10,910 nucleotides of DNA from Armatimonadota bacterium. GTDB taxonomy: Bacteria; Armatimonadota; Zipacnadia; Zipacnadales; UBA5352. Positions 1-8,713 of this stretch are shown here, one piece after another. Numbering within the stretch: the first letter of the stretch is position 1; the number at the start of each line of letters is the position of its first letter. The position numbers were made by a program, and so were the translations under genes. The notes below the pieces were generated by a model. It worked only from the letters and a program-made list of their open reading frames with translations. It did no database searches and had not been told where the DNA came from. The stretch spans positions 1 through 10,910 of the forward strand of contig JAYENL010000101.1 of assembly GCA_034722055.1 (NCBI GenBank), given 5' to 3'.

Positions 1-1
1 T

Positions 2-451
2 TGGGGCGGCGTCTATACGGGCAGCACGCTGACCGGTCTGGTGCACCGCGGCTATGGGGCGATCTGCACGGTTGTCGGGTATGCCGGAAGCATCAGGTAC
101 GACAGGGCAGAGTGGGGTGGAGTTCCTGCTGTGGATGCCTCTGGGTATGGGCAGCTTCGGTCTGACATGCAAGCGCCGGCTGAGAACATACTGGCCTGTG
201 ACGGAAGCAACTGGAATATCCAGCCGTACTTCTGGGAGCGGACCGATAACAGCAGCCAACCCACCCCGGCAGTAGCGGATATGTATAACAATGCCTACTA
301 CGTCGTGGACAGCAGGCACAACGAGATGGCCAACGCTGCATTCGCGGATGGTCACGCAAAGGCGCTTCCCCGGGGCATCCAGAACTGCCCGCGACCTCAC
401 AGCAATCCGATAGCCGGTGCGGGTGACTGGATGTACTACCACTTCCATTGA
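2..451 (+). CDS. C-terminal part of an H-X9-DG domain protein (DUF1559 / prepilin-type processing-associated family); 5' end lies outside the window
   Basis: Frame is open from position 2 (WGGVYTGSTLTGLVHRGYG...) to TGA at 449-451. Exact H-X9-DG motif RH-NEMANAAFA-DGH (His codon 317-319, DG 347-352), preceded by a typical 'PAENILACD' segment. Confidence 0.85.
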   Translation, partial: WGGVYTGSTLTGLVHRGYGAICTVVGYAGSIRYDRAEWGGVPAVDASGYGQLRSDMQAPAENILACDGSNWNIQPYFWERTDNSSQPTPAVADMYNNAYYVVDSRHNEMANAAFADGHAKALPRGIQNCPRPHSNPIAGAGDWMYYHFH

Positions 452-482
452 CCAGCTAGCATCCCGGCGCGTGAAGGTCCCG

Positions 483-516
483 GCGGCGCGGCGAAGAATG
501 CCCTTCGCCGCGCCGC
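483..516 (+). terminator. Perfect 14-bp intergenic stem-loop (terminator or mRNA-stabilising hairpin)
   Basis: gcggcgcggcgaag (483-496), loop aatgcc, cttcgccgcgccgc (503-516). Starts about 30 nt after the H-X9-DG stop. No U-tract follows, so the function is uncertain. Confidence 0.55.
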
Positions 517-548
517 GAGCATTACCATGCGCGGAGGAGTGGCGCCGG

Positions 549-3500
549 ATGCAGTCTCACCTGTCTGCAGCCCTCACCATCCTGCTGGCCAGCGGCACGC
601 TGCTGGCGGGGGCGGCCGCCGCCGAGCTGCCCTCGCTGCCCCAGCCGGAGCCGCTGCGTCTTCCGCTGGACGCGGAGACCGCGGTCATCGTCCGCCCCGC
701 TCGGGCGGAGTACGCCACCATCGCCGAGCGGCTGGCCTCCGGCCTCCAGCGGCTGACCCGTCAGCGGCCAGCGGTGGTCGAGGACACGGCCGATCCCCAG
801 GAGTTGGGCCCCGGGCCGATCATCGTGGTGGGCAATCTCATGGACAGCCGCATCGGGCGGCGGCTGTACCTGCAGGCCTATGACTTCACGGACTACTCGT
901 GGCCCAGTCCGGGCGGTCACGTGGTGCGGACGATCCGCGACCCGTTCGGCACCGGAGCCCACGTGCTGATGGTCGGCGGCAGCGACGCGGAGGGCGTGGC
1001 CGATGCGGTGGAGGCGCTGCTGGGGCACGTCGAGGCGCAGGGAGCCGATCTGGGCTATCTGAACCTGGTGAAGCTGGGCAGGTGGGGGGAGGAGATCGAG
1101 GGCTACACCGAGCGCTTCCTGGGCGGCGACGACAGCGTGTGGACGCGCGTGGGCGGGGCGGGGAGTTGGAACTACCAGATCGAGATCGCGCTGGCGGGCA
1201 TCGGCTACCTGCGCACCGGCGATGAGCGGTATCTGCCCGTCTTCGCGCGGGAGCTGCAGTACTGGTTCGACCATTACGTGCTCACCCTGCGCGAGGACGC
1301 GCCCCCGATGACGCACGGGTTCCTGCATAAGCTGCTGATCGTGTGGGACCTGGTGCGCGATCACCCGTACTTCACCGCCGAGGAGCGGCGGCGGATCGAC
1401 CGCCAGTTCCTCTATGTCTGGCGGTCGCCTGAGGGACCGGATCGGGTTGCCGGGAGGACAGGCGTTCGGATCATCCGCAACAACCACGGCACCCGTACGG
1501 CCCTCGACGCCCTCTACGGCGGCCGCTTCTTCCTGCGCCGCTTCGGGCTGGAGGACGAGGGGCAGGGGTGGATGGAGATCGCCGAGGGGTACTTCGCGCC
1601 GCAGCTTGAATCCTCGAAGCCCGTTGAGGACTCGTGGGGACACCAGTGGAACGCCTCGCTGTTCAATACAGTGGATTACGCGCTGGCGACGGGCCGGGAG
1701 GACTACTTCCACTCGGACGCGCTGCGGAATGCCGCTGAGCGGGCGCTGATGGCGCACAGTGCCGGTTCCGGTCCTCGTGCGTATCTGTCGGCGTGTGCGG
1801 TCGCGACGGGGGATACCGGGCTGCTGAGCGGCTATCCCAGCGGCCAGGAGTACGGCCGGATGTGCTCGTGGATGATGGGGCACGGGGACGAGTACATGCG
1901 TGCGTTCTGCAGCGATGAGCCGATCGAGCCGCGGAAGGACCTGCTGGGCGTGACCGTGGCGCCGCTGGATGAGCTGTGGTACGAGACGATAGACGACGCG
2001 GGGTTCAACCCCGGTGGGCTGTTCCAGGTGACGACGGAGCGGGAGGAGAGCTTTGACAAGCTGTCCATCCGTGAGGGGTGGGAGGCGGATGACTTCTACC
2101 TGCTGTTGGATGGCATCTCGGGCGGGCATCACAGCTACCAGAACGGGAACTGCGTCGTCACGCTGCAGGAGGATGGCGTGGTGTGGTCGGTTCTTCATGG
2201 CCGCAGTCTTTCGGGTTCCGGAACGGTTCAGTCGCACAATGGGGTGGCGGTTGCGCTGGATGGCTCCGGGCCGGGACGGCTGCATCGCTATGCCCGGCTG
2301 CTCTACTCCGGCGACAGCGGCGAGTTCATGGCCGCGGGCGCGGCGCTGGAGGGCGTGGGCGAGGCCGACTGGCAGCGCCATATCGTCCGCAGGCGCGGCG
2401 AGTGGACGCTGGTCGTGGACCGGGTGGTCGCTGACAGGCGCGGCGAGGTGCTGGCTGAGCGCCACTGGCACCTGCGGGGGGACCTCGCTCCTGGCGACCA
2501 CGGCCTCACCGCGTCAGCCGTCACCGGGGGCCGGTATCGCTATCTGCACCTGGACACCAGGGGAGTGGCGCCGGAGGGAATGAGCGGCCTCTCCGACCGC
2601 GTCGAGACGGTTCGGGCCACGGCCAGGCCCGGGGAGCCGGTGGAGTTCGCCACGCTGCTGCACGTGACCGGGCGGCCTGACGCGCCGGAGGGATGGCTCC
2701 GGCTGCGGGCGCTGGACGCGGCCTGCGTCGGCGATCCGCCGGCGCCGGAGGGGATCGGCAGGCTGGAGAGCCTGGACATCGTGGTGCTGCGCGCCACGCA
2801 GCAGGGGCAGTGGGTGGAGATGCCCTTCGCGATTGACGAGCCCGTCGCCGGCGAGCTGTTCGTGGAGTTGCTTGACTACACCGACCGCGGCGCCGTCCGC
2901 GTGCTCCTGGACGGGCGCGAGGTGGTGGAGCGGTACGATCACCGCGCGCCCAGGCCGGTGCGGCGGCTGGTGCCGCTGGGGCGGGGGGAGCTTGCGGCCG
3001 GCGAGCACCGACTGCGGCTCGAGGTGGCGGCGGAGCCGGACGAGGGCGGCAAGAGCTACATCGGGCTGGGCGGGCTGGTTGTGCGGCCCGAAGGGGCGCC
3101 GGGGGCCGACGTTGCCACACCGCCCGACCAGCCTGCCTTCAGGCTGACCAGGACGGCGGCCGGCGGTTGGCGCATTGACGGGGGCCGCAGGCCCGAGTTC
3201 GTGCGTGTGGGCCAGGCGGGGGCGACCGTGATCACCGGCTCCGGGCTGAGGACGATCGGCACGCCGCCGGACGACCTCCCGCGGACCTTCGCTGAGGCGC
3301 TGGAGGCGCCGGAGGTACGCGCCGAGGGCCTGCTGCCTTTGCGCCCTGAGTGCCCCGCGGTGGAGTCGCCGTGGCGCGAGCTAAGGGTCGGTGAGGCGCC
3401 GGTGACGGCCGTAGTGCCGGGAGCCGGCGGCCGGGTGGCCGCGGGGGACGCCGACGGCGCCGTGGCGGTCTTCGACGCCGGCGGCACCAGGCTCGTGTCG

Positions 3501-4454
3501 GCACGCCTGGAGAGCGAGATACTGTCGCTGCACTTCGTGGGCGATGACCTGATGGTGGGAGAGGACCGGGGGGCGCTGACGAGGCTGGCGCCGGATGGGA
3601 GCCAGCGCTGGCAGGTCGAGATCCCCTATGTGCCGATGCCCTGGGACTACTGGAGCGAGAAGCGCAGCCGGGTGCGCGAGATCACCTCTGCGGATATCAC
3701 CGGCGACGGCACCCCCGAGATCCTCATCTCCAACTCGGACCGCCGGGTTCACGCCTTCACCGCAGATGGGCAGCGGCTGTGGGAGGCGCCCGTAGAGTGG
3801 GGCATCTTCACGGCCATGACGCCGGGCACGTTCCGCGGCGAGTTCGGGCTGATGGGGGGCACCTCGCGACCGTCGATCCACGGCAGGTGCATGATCTTCG
3901 GGGCAGACGGCAAGCTCAGGACGACCCTCGCGCGCCCGGACCTGGTGTCATGGTCGATACCCTCGCAGTTCCGAGACATGCGACAGGCCGACCTGGATGG
4001 TGACGGCACGCCGGAGGTGATCAACGCCCTGGACACGAACTGCCGGCAGCTCGTGATCTATCGCGAAGGCGGCGAGGTGTTGTGGGACGCGGACATGGCT
4101 GGGGCGGCGGAGGCCATCGCCCTGCGCGGAGGGGGAGAGAGCGACGGGGTGGTGGTCTACTGCGGCGGCGCGGCAGGATACGTGGCGGCGTTCGACGGCA
4201 GCAGCGGCGAGCGGCTGTGGGCGTGCTACCTGGGAGAGCCGACGCTGCTGCTGGCGCTGACCGACAACCAGCGGATTGCGGCGGCCACGCCCTCGGGGAC
4301 GGTCTTCCTGTTGCGCACTGACGGACGGCTGGCGGCGCGGGTGGAGCTTGGGGCGGAGGTCTCTGCAGTGGTGAGGCCGGGGGATCACCGCGCCGGTAAC
4401 CCGCTGCTGGCGGGAACGCAGGACGGTCGGGTGGTCGCCGACGGCGGGCTGTGA
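549..4454 (+). CDS. Secreted multidomain heparinase II/III-like (polysaccharide lyase-like) protein with CBM-like insert and C-terminal FG-GAP/PQQ-like beta-propeller, ~1301 aa
   Basis: SD GGAGGAG (533-539) precedes ATG 549; signal peptide MQSHLSAALTILLASGTLLAGAAAA. The N-terminal alpha/beta domain resembles GH20/GH67 N-domains. The helical region carries NNH (1479-1487). Hepar_II_III-like motifs are REGW..DD.YL..DG..GGHH..Q.GN (2070-2150), SHN (2232-2240) and W.R...VVD..HWH. A galactose-binding-like module lies at ~2790-3090. Two DxxGDGxPE loops occur at 3693-3722 and 3990-4019. Confidence 0.75.
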   Translation: MQSHLSAALTILLASGTLLAGAAAAELPSLPQPEPLRLPLDAETAVIVRPARAEYATIAERLASGLQRLTRQRPAVVEDTADPQELGPGPIIVVGNLMDSRIGRRLYLQAYDFTDYSWPSPGGHVVRTIRDPFGTGAHVLMVGGSDAEGVADAVEALLGHVEAQGADLGYLNLVKLGRWGEEIEGYTERFLGGDDSVWTRVGGAGSWNYQIEIALAGIGYLRTGDERYLPVFARELQYWFDHYVLTLREDAPPMTHGFLHKLLIVWDLVRDHPYFTAEERRRIDRQFLYVWRSPEGPDRVAGRTGVRIIRNNHGTRTALDALYGGRFFLRRFGLEDEGQGWMEIAEGYFAPQLESSKPVEDSWGHQWNASLFNTVDYALATGREDYFHSDALRNAAERALMAHSAGSGPRAYLSACAVATGDTGLLSGYPSGQEYGRMCSWMMGHGDEYMRAFCSDEPIEPRKDLLGVTVAPLDELWYETIDDAGFNPGGLFQVTTEREESFDKLSIREGWEADDFYLLLDGISGGHHSYQNGNCVVTLQEDGVVWSVLHGRSLSGSGTVQSHNGVAVALDGSGPGRLHRYARLLYSGDSGEFMAAGAALEGVGEADWQRHIVRRRGEWTLVVDRVVADRRGEVLAERHWHLRGDLAPGDHGLTASAVTGGRYRYLHLDTRGVAPEGMSGLSDRVETVRATARPGEPVEFATLLHVTGRPDAPEGWLRLRALDAACVGDPPAPEGIGRLESLDIVVLRATQQGQWVEMPFAIDEPVAGELFVELLDYTDRGAVRVLLDGREVVERYDHRAPRPVRRLVPLGRGELAAGEHRLRLEVAAEPDEGGKSYIGLGGLVVRPEGAPGADVATPPDQPAFRLTRTAAGGWRIDGGRRPEFVRVGQAGATVITGSGLRTIGTPPDDLPRTFAEALEAPEVRAEGLLPLRPECPAVESPWRELRVGEAPVTAVVPGAGGRVAAGDADGAVAVFDAGGTRLVSARLESEILSLHFVGDDLMVGEDRGALTRLAPDGSQRWQVEIPYVPMPWDYWSEKRSRVREITSADITGDGTPEILISNSDRRVHAFTADGQRLWEAPVEWGIFTAMTPGTFRGEFGLMGGTSRPSIHGRCMIFGADGKLRTTLARPDLVSWSIPSQFRDMRQADLDGDGTPEVINALDTNCRQLVIYREGGEVLWDADMAGAAEAIALRGGGESDGVVVYCGGAAGYVAAFDGSSGERLWACYLGEPTLLLALTDNQRIAAATPSGTVFLLRTDGRLAARVELGAEVSAVVRPGDHRAGNPLLAGTQDGRVVADGGL

Positions 4455-4513
4455 CGGCGGTCGCCGGCAGGTGGCTGCAGGCCTACGCCAGATCGAGATT
4501 CGAGGAGAGACCG

Positions 4514-6754
4514 ATGATCGACCTTATCGCTATTGCGCTCGCGGCCGGCGCCACGCAGGCGCCTGCCCAGGCCGTCGTCGTGGCTGCCGACATGGACGCG
4601 ATCGAGGCGTACGAGCACGGCTTCGCCTACAACGTGATGCGCACGCCCGATGATGACGCTGTCATGCTCGAGGACATGGTCCTGATCGAGAGTGACGGCC
4701 CCGGAGCGGGTGAGAGTGAGAAGGGCACCTGGACAGAGGAGATCTGCGAGGGGGTGCTGGCTCGCAAGACCTTCCGGCTCGAGGACCCGTCGGCCTTCGA
4801 GGCGCACCTGGTGCTGTACATGACCCCCATGAGCGAGGACAGGGACGAGCAGGAGCCGTTCTTCGCGGTGGTCAACGGCAGACGCGTCCCGGGCCCCGAA
4901 CTGTCGTGGCATGAGGAGATGTGGCACTGGGTGCCGGTTCCGGTTGAGGCGCTGAGGGCGGGCGAGAACCAGGTGATCGTGGGGTGCGACGCCCCGCGGG
5001 GTCAGGGGTACGAGCTGATGATCGCCCGGGCGGATGAGTACGAAGGGGGCGGCGGCGCCCAGCGGGCCGGCCTGAACACCGCTCTGGTCAGCGCGGGCCA
5101 ACTGGGGCGGGAGGAGGCCGGCGCCAGACCCCAGCTTGAGGCCATCGACGTGGGAGCGCACTCCGCGAAGTCGGTGGACGGCGGCGAGACGTGGGTGACC
5201 GGCAGGCTCGGGACCACCGACGACGTGGTCGGCGAGTACACCATCCGCCTGAACCTGAGACGTCACAAGCCGCGCGGAGCCCTGCTGTCCCCGCCGATCG
5301 ATCTCTGGGACGGGCTCGATGGGCAGGAGCGGATCAAGCCGCGGTGCTCGGTGTCGGATCTGAAGCTGCTCTGCCTCGGTGACGCGCCGGAGGGGACGTC
5401 ACTGACCTGGCAGGTTCGCTTCGCTGATACGGCGGACATGACCAGCGAGCAGTGGGGCGCCTTCCGCACCGTGGGCAGTGGTGAGGGCCTCGCGGCGCCC
5501 GTCGCGCACCAGGGGAAGCGCTACCTGCAGTGGCGCGCAGAGCTGACCACCTCCGAGCCGCTCAAGACGCCGCGGGTGCGGGGCGTGAAGGTGGTCCGGC
5601 GCCTGACCTTCACGCCTCCGGCGAGGCGCTTCTACGTGTGGGATTACGAGAACGTCAGGCACCGCTACAGCTCCATCAGGTTCCACTACGAGGACCCCGG
5701 CCATCCTCGGCTGCGCGAGCTGCGTGAGCGGCTGAACCTCGATGAGGTCATCGCCGGGGCCACGGGAGACTGGGACAGGATCAACCGCGTGCGCCATCAC
5801 GTCTCGCAGCTATGGCATCACGACCGCCCCACGCCTGACTATCCGGAGTGGGACGCGCTCGAGATCCTCGACCGCCGCGACCGCGTCGGCAAGGGCGGCA
5901 TGTGCATTCAGTTCTCCATTGTCTTCATCCAGTCCCTGCTTTCACTGGGCTATCAGGCCCGCCACATTAACGTCTTCGCGCACGAGACGGTGGAGGTCTA
6001 CGTCGATGAGCTGGGCAGGTGGGTGCACGTTGACCCCGAGAGCCTGTTCGACTCCTACCAGTACCACACCGCGACCGGCATGCCTGTAAGCTGCCTCGAG
6101 CAGCACCGCTACTTCCTACAGGAGAGCGGGCTGTCCGCGGAGGATCCCATCGACTGGCAGGCCACGGAGCCGTGGGCCAGGTGGGGGCACGAGGGGACGT
6201 TCGTGAGCGCGCCGGTGCCGCTGGACTTCTCCACCTTCACCGGCTGGATCAATGACCCCGACAAGCCCGACTACCCGCCCCAGCACCAGTTGGCGGGGTT
6301 CATGCGCATGATGCCCCGCAACAACTACTTCTCGCGCCCCTTCCCCCGCCCGCTCTGCCAGGGCACCACGAACTGGCCCTGGAACGGCTACCTCAACTGG
6401 TACGACCGGGCAACGCCGCGGAAGCTCCAGTACGCCCTGCACACGGACCGGGAGGCCGACTTCTACCCCACCCTCAATCGCGTGCAGTTCGATGCCGTGC
6501 ACGGCGAGAGGGAAGGGGGCATCCTCATCCGGATGTTCACCTTCGCCCCCAACTTCGACGGCTTCGAGATCAACGTCGATGGCGCCGGCTGGCGGAACTC
6601 GCCTGCACAGTTCACCTGGTCCACGAGGCCCTCGGCGCTCAACACCCTGGAGATGCGGGCGAAGAACCGGCTGGGGCCGCCCGGCAAGCCCTCCCGCCTA
6701 CAGGTGATGGTCCACCACAAGGAGCCCTTCTCACCCCGCCCGGAGGACTGGTGA
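4514..6754 (+). CDS. Secreted transglutaminase-like (Cys-His-Asp) domain protein with N-terminal beta-sandwich domains, ~746 aa
   Basis: SD GAGGAG (4502-4507) precedes ATG 4514; short hydrophobic leader MIDLIAIALAAGATQAPAQA. Motifs GGMC (Cys 5903-5905), LGYQAR, HETVEVY (His 5981-5983) and WVHVDP (Asp 6032-6034). Asp-box SVDGGETW at 5171-5194. Confidence 0.8.
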   Translation: MIDLIAIALAAGATQAPAQAVVVAADMDAIEAYEHGFAYNVMRTPDDDAVMLEDMVLIESDGPGAGESEKGTWTEEICEGVLARKTFRLEDPSAFEAHLVLYMTPMSEDRDEQEPFFAVVNGRRVPGPELSWHEEMWHWVPVPVEALRAGENQVIVGCDAPRGQGYELMIARADEYEGGGGAQRAGLNTALVSAGQLGREEAGARPQLEAIDVGAHSAKSVDGGETWVTGRLGTTDDVVGEYTIRLNLRRHKPRGALLSPPIDLWDGLDGQERIKPRCSVSDLKLLCLGDAPEGTSLTWQVRFADTADMTSEQWGAFRTVGSGEGLAAPVAHQGKRYLQWRAELTTSEPLKTPRVRGVKVVRRLTFTPPARRFYVWDYENVRHRYSSIRFHYEDPGHPRLRELRERLNLDEVIAGATGDWDRINRVRHHVSQLWHHDRPTPDYPEWDALEILDRRDRVGKGGMCIQFSIVFIQSLLSLGYQARHINVFAHETVEVYVDELGRWVHVDPESLFDSYQYHTATGMPVSCLEQHRYFLQESGLSAEDPIDWQATEPWARWGHEGTFVSAPVPLDFSTFTGWINDPDKPDYPPQHQLAGFMRMMPRNNYFSRPFPRPLCQGTTNWPWNGYLNWYDRATPRKLQYALHTDREADFYPTLNRVQFDAVHGEREGGILIRMFTFAPNFDGFEINVDGAGWRNSPAQFTWSTRPSALNTLEMRAKNRLGPPGKPSRLQVMVHHKEPFSPRPEDW

Positions 6755-6787
6755 CGGCTCCCGCTGCCCGACTCGCGGTGGCGCAGC

Positions 6788-8686
6788 TCAGAACCACACC
6801 GGCAGCTTGTTGAAGCCCTCGCCGCCGTAGCTGGCGATCAGCGCCCATACCGTGCCGGACCAGAAGTAATGTCCCACCACCACGCCGATGAAGAAGGGCA
6901 GCAGGCGGTTGAACAGCCGCATCCCGCCCAGGCGCAGCACGATGGTCTTGATGACCAGCGACAGCAGCAGCATCGCCCAGCCGATGCTCCCGCCCCCGGT
7001 CATGGCCAGCACGAAGCCGGTGGGATGAAGCGGGAACTGCAGGAAGACCCGTCGGAGCACGGCCAGGATGATGACGATCACTGCGCCGGCACCGAAGGCG
7101 ATCGCCTCACTGCGATTGGGCTCGGCGTGGCCGCGCATCCACGCCGCGAGCTGGTTGTAGGACTGGGTCATCAGGCTCACCCGCGTGCCGCCGGAGGTCG
7201 TGCCCCCCTCCAGCACGTTGGAGCCGAACTCGTAGGCGGTGTCGATGTGCATCCACCAGCTCACCACCGAGCCCAGCACCACCGCCCAGATCATCAGCGA
7301 CACGATCTGCCGGCGATCCACCTTGATCTCCCCGCCGATGCGCAGCGCCTCTGCCTGGTAGGCCACGAGCTGCACGAAGTAGCCGCGGTAGATGAAGTTC
7401 TGCAGGCACAGGCCCGTGAGGCTGCCGAAGTCCCCTCCCGGCGCCAGCCGCTCGCTGCCGAAGAAGCTGATGAGCATGTCACGCTCCTCGTTCAGCGGCT
7501 TGATCCACCAGGTGGGGTAGCCGGTCTCGGCCCGCACCCGCATGTATCCGATGCCGTGGCTCAGCAGCAGCACCAGATACAGCGCGATGACCCACCAGTG
7601 CATCCCGAACAGCAGCCAGAAGCCCACGACCGCCGCCAGGCTGGCGATCAGGCCGACGGGCAGCCACGGTGAGACGTCATTGCGCCTGTGCAGGGCGCCC
7701 AGGACCTGCGCGATGCGGTGCCGCGAGGCGTAGATCAGCACCAGCGCAAGCGCCACAAAGCCGCCCAGGGCCTGCGGATAGTCGAACGGATAGCCGGGCA
7801 CGTCCACGCCCATCATGGCGCCGGCGAGGCTGAGGCCCTTGAAGTAGCCGAAGAACAGCACCAGCGCGGAGATGACGATGTCGCTGGGCATCATGTAGGC
7901 GATTCCGAAGATGGCGGGGCGGTACTCGATGACCACCGGCTGCAGCGCCGTCAGAGGATGCTCATTGAACAGCGGCGATAGATTGGTGCTCAGCCCCAGG
8001 GCCGGGACGGCCGGGTTGAATGCGTTGAGGACATTGAAGAGGTTGTGCAGGCCCACAGTCACGATACCGAGCCAGAAGACGGGGTTGGTCCAGACCCCGT
8101 GCAGCGTCTCCCTGCGGTAGCCGGCCAGCATCAGTGGCAGCTCCGCCATGGGGTATGAGAGGTGCTCTCCATCCTCCCACACCGGGCGAAAGACCAGGGC
8201 GATGCAGATCAGAAGGAGGTAGAAGGCCACGAAGAAGACCAGCCAGATCGCCAGCGGCTGCAGCCACGCATCCCACGGCACGAGGCCGGTCTCGTTGCCC
8301 TCGAAGTACTGCCGGATGACCTCATCCCCCTGCGGGACCGCCCAGCCCGGGATGAACTGGTGGAACTGCTGCCAGCGGTTCTCGGTGGAGGCGAAGTAGT
8401 AGGGAGTGGTCAGGGCGGGGAGGAAAAAGCGCATGGCGGCCCCGGAGGTCAGCGCCACCGCCATGGTCAGGAAGAGGTACACGCCCATGACCTCGCGGCG
8501 GCGAATGCCCACGTGGCGCAGCAGCCCCACCGCCGCCAGCAGCACCAGCAGCGTCACGAGGGCGGGCACCGGAGGCACTGCCATTGCCACCTGCGCCGCC
8601 AGGGTGAGCAGCGCGCCCTGGCGCACCCACAGGTTGGCCAGTATCAGGACGATCAGAGCGACCACCAGCACCCGACCGGTCCGCAC
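6788..8686 (-). CDS. Polytopic membrane protein, DUF6785/DUF6784-like (putative OPT-superfamily-related transporter)
   Basis: About 630 aa with many hydrophobic helices. Recognised motifs: W...EHLSYPMAELP, MRVRAETG, FPLHPTG, K.IVLRLGG..LF....PFFIGVVVG. Start placed at GTG 8686 (AGGTG 8 nt upstream); TTG 8692 is an alternative. Confidence 0.75.
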   Translation of the reverse strand: MRTGRVLVVALIVLILANLWVRQGALLTLAAQVAMAVPPVPALVTLLVLLAAVGLLRHVGIRRREVMGVYLFLTMAVALTSGAAMRFFLPALTTPYYFASTENRWQQFHQFIPGWAVPQGDEVIRQYFEGNETGLVPWDAWLQPLAIWLVFFVAFYLLLICIALVFRPVWEDGEHLSYPMAELPLMLAGYRRETLHGVWTNPVFWLGIVTVGLHNLFNVLNAFNPAVPALGLSTNLSPLFNEHPLTALQPVVIEYRPAIFGIAYMMPSDIVISALVLFFGYFKGLSLAGAMMGVDVPGYPFDYPQALGGFVALALVLIYASRHRIAQVLGALHRRNDVSPWLPVGLIASLAAVVGFWLLFGMHWWVIALYLVLLLSHGIGYMRVRAETGYPTWWIKPLNEERDMLISFFGSERLAPGGDFGSLTGLCLQNFIYRGYFVQLVAYQAEALRIGGEIKVDRRQIVSLMIWAVVLGSVVSWWMHIDTAYEFGSNVLEGGTTSGGTRVSLMTQSYNQLAAWMRGHAEPNRSEAIAFGAGAVIVIILAVLRRVFLQFPLHPTGFVLAMTGGGSIGWAMLLLSLVIKTIVLRLGGMRLFNRLLPFFIGVVVGHYFWSGTVWALIASYGGEGFNKLPVWF

Positions 8687-8713
8687 CCGCAACCCACCTG
8701 TCTCATCGTCGCT

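Noticed and set aside
417..548. ORF-track start at 417 for the large gene
   Set aside because: It overlaps the upstream gene and runs through the hairpin. The SD and signal peptide support ATG 549.
522..2501. 659-aa antisense ORF, plus other long shadow ORFs such as 4385-5266, 6869-7672 and 8162-8770
   Set aside because: These are typical antisense or alternate-frame artefacts of high-GC codon bias and carry no recognisable motifs.
4451..4513. GTG start overlapping the upstream TGA (translational coupling)
   Set aside because: ATG 4514 has a clear SD and begins the hydrophobic leader; the extra 21 residues look non-coding.
6755..6787. Bidirectional terminator between the convergent genes
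   Set aside because: Only a weak gctgc/gcagc pairing with a bulged interior and no U- or A-tracts.
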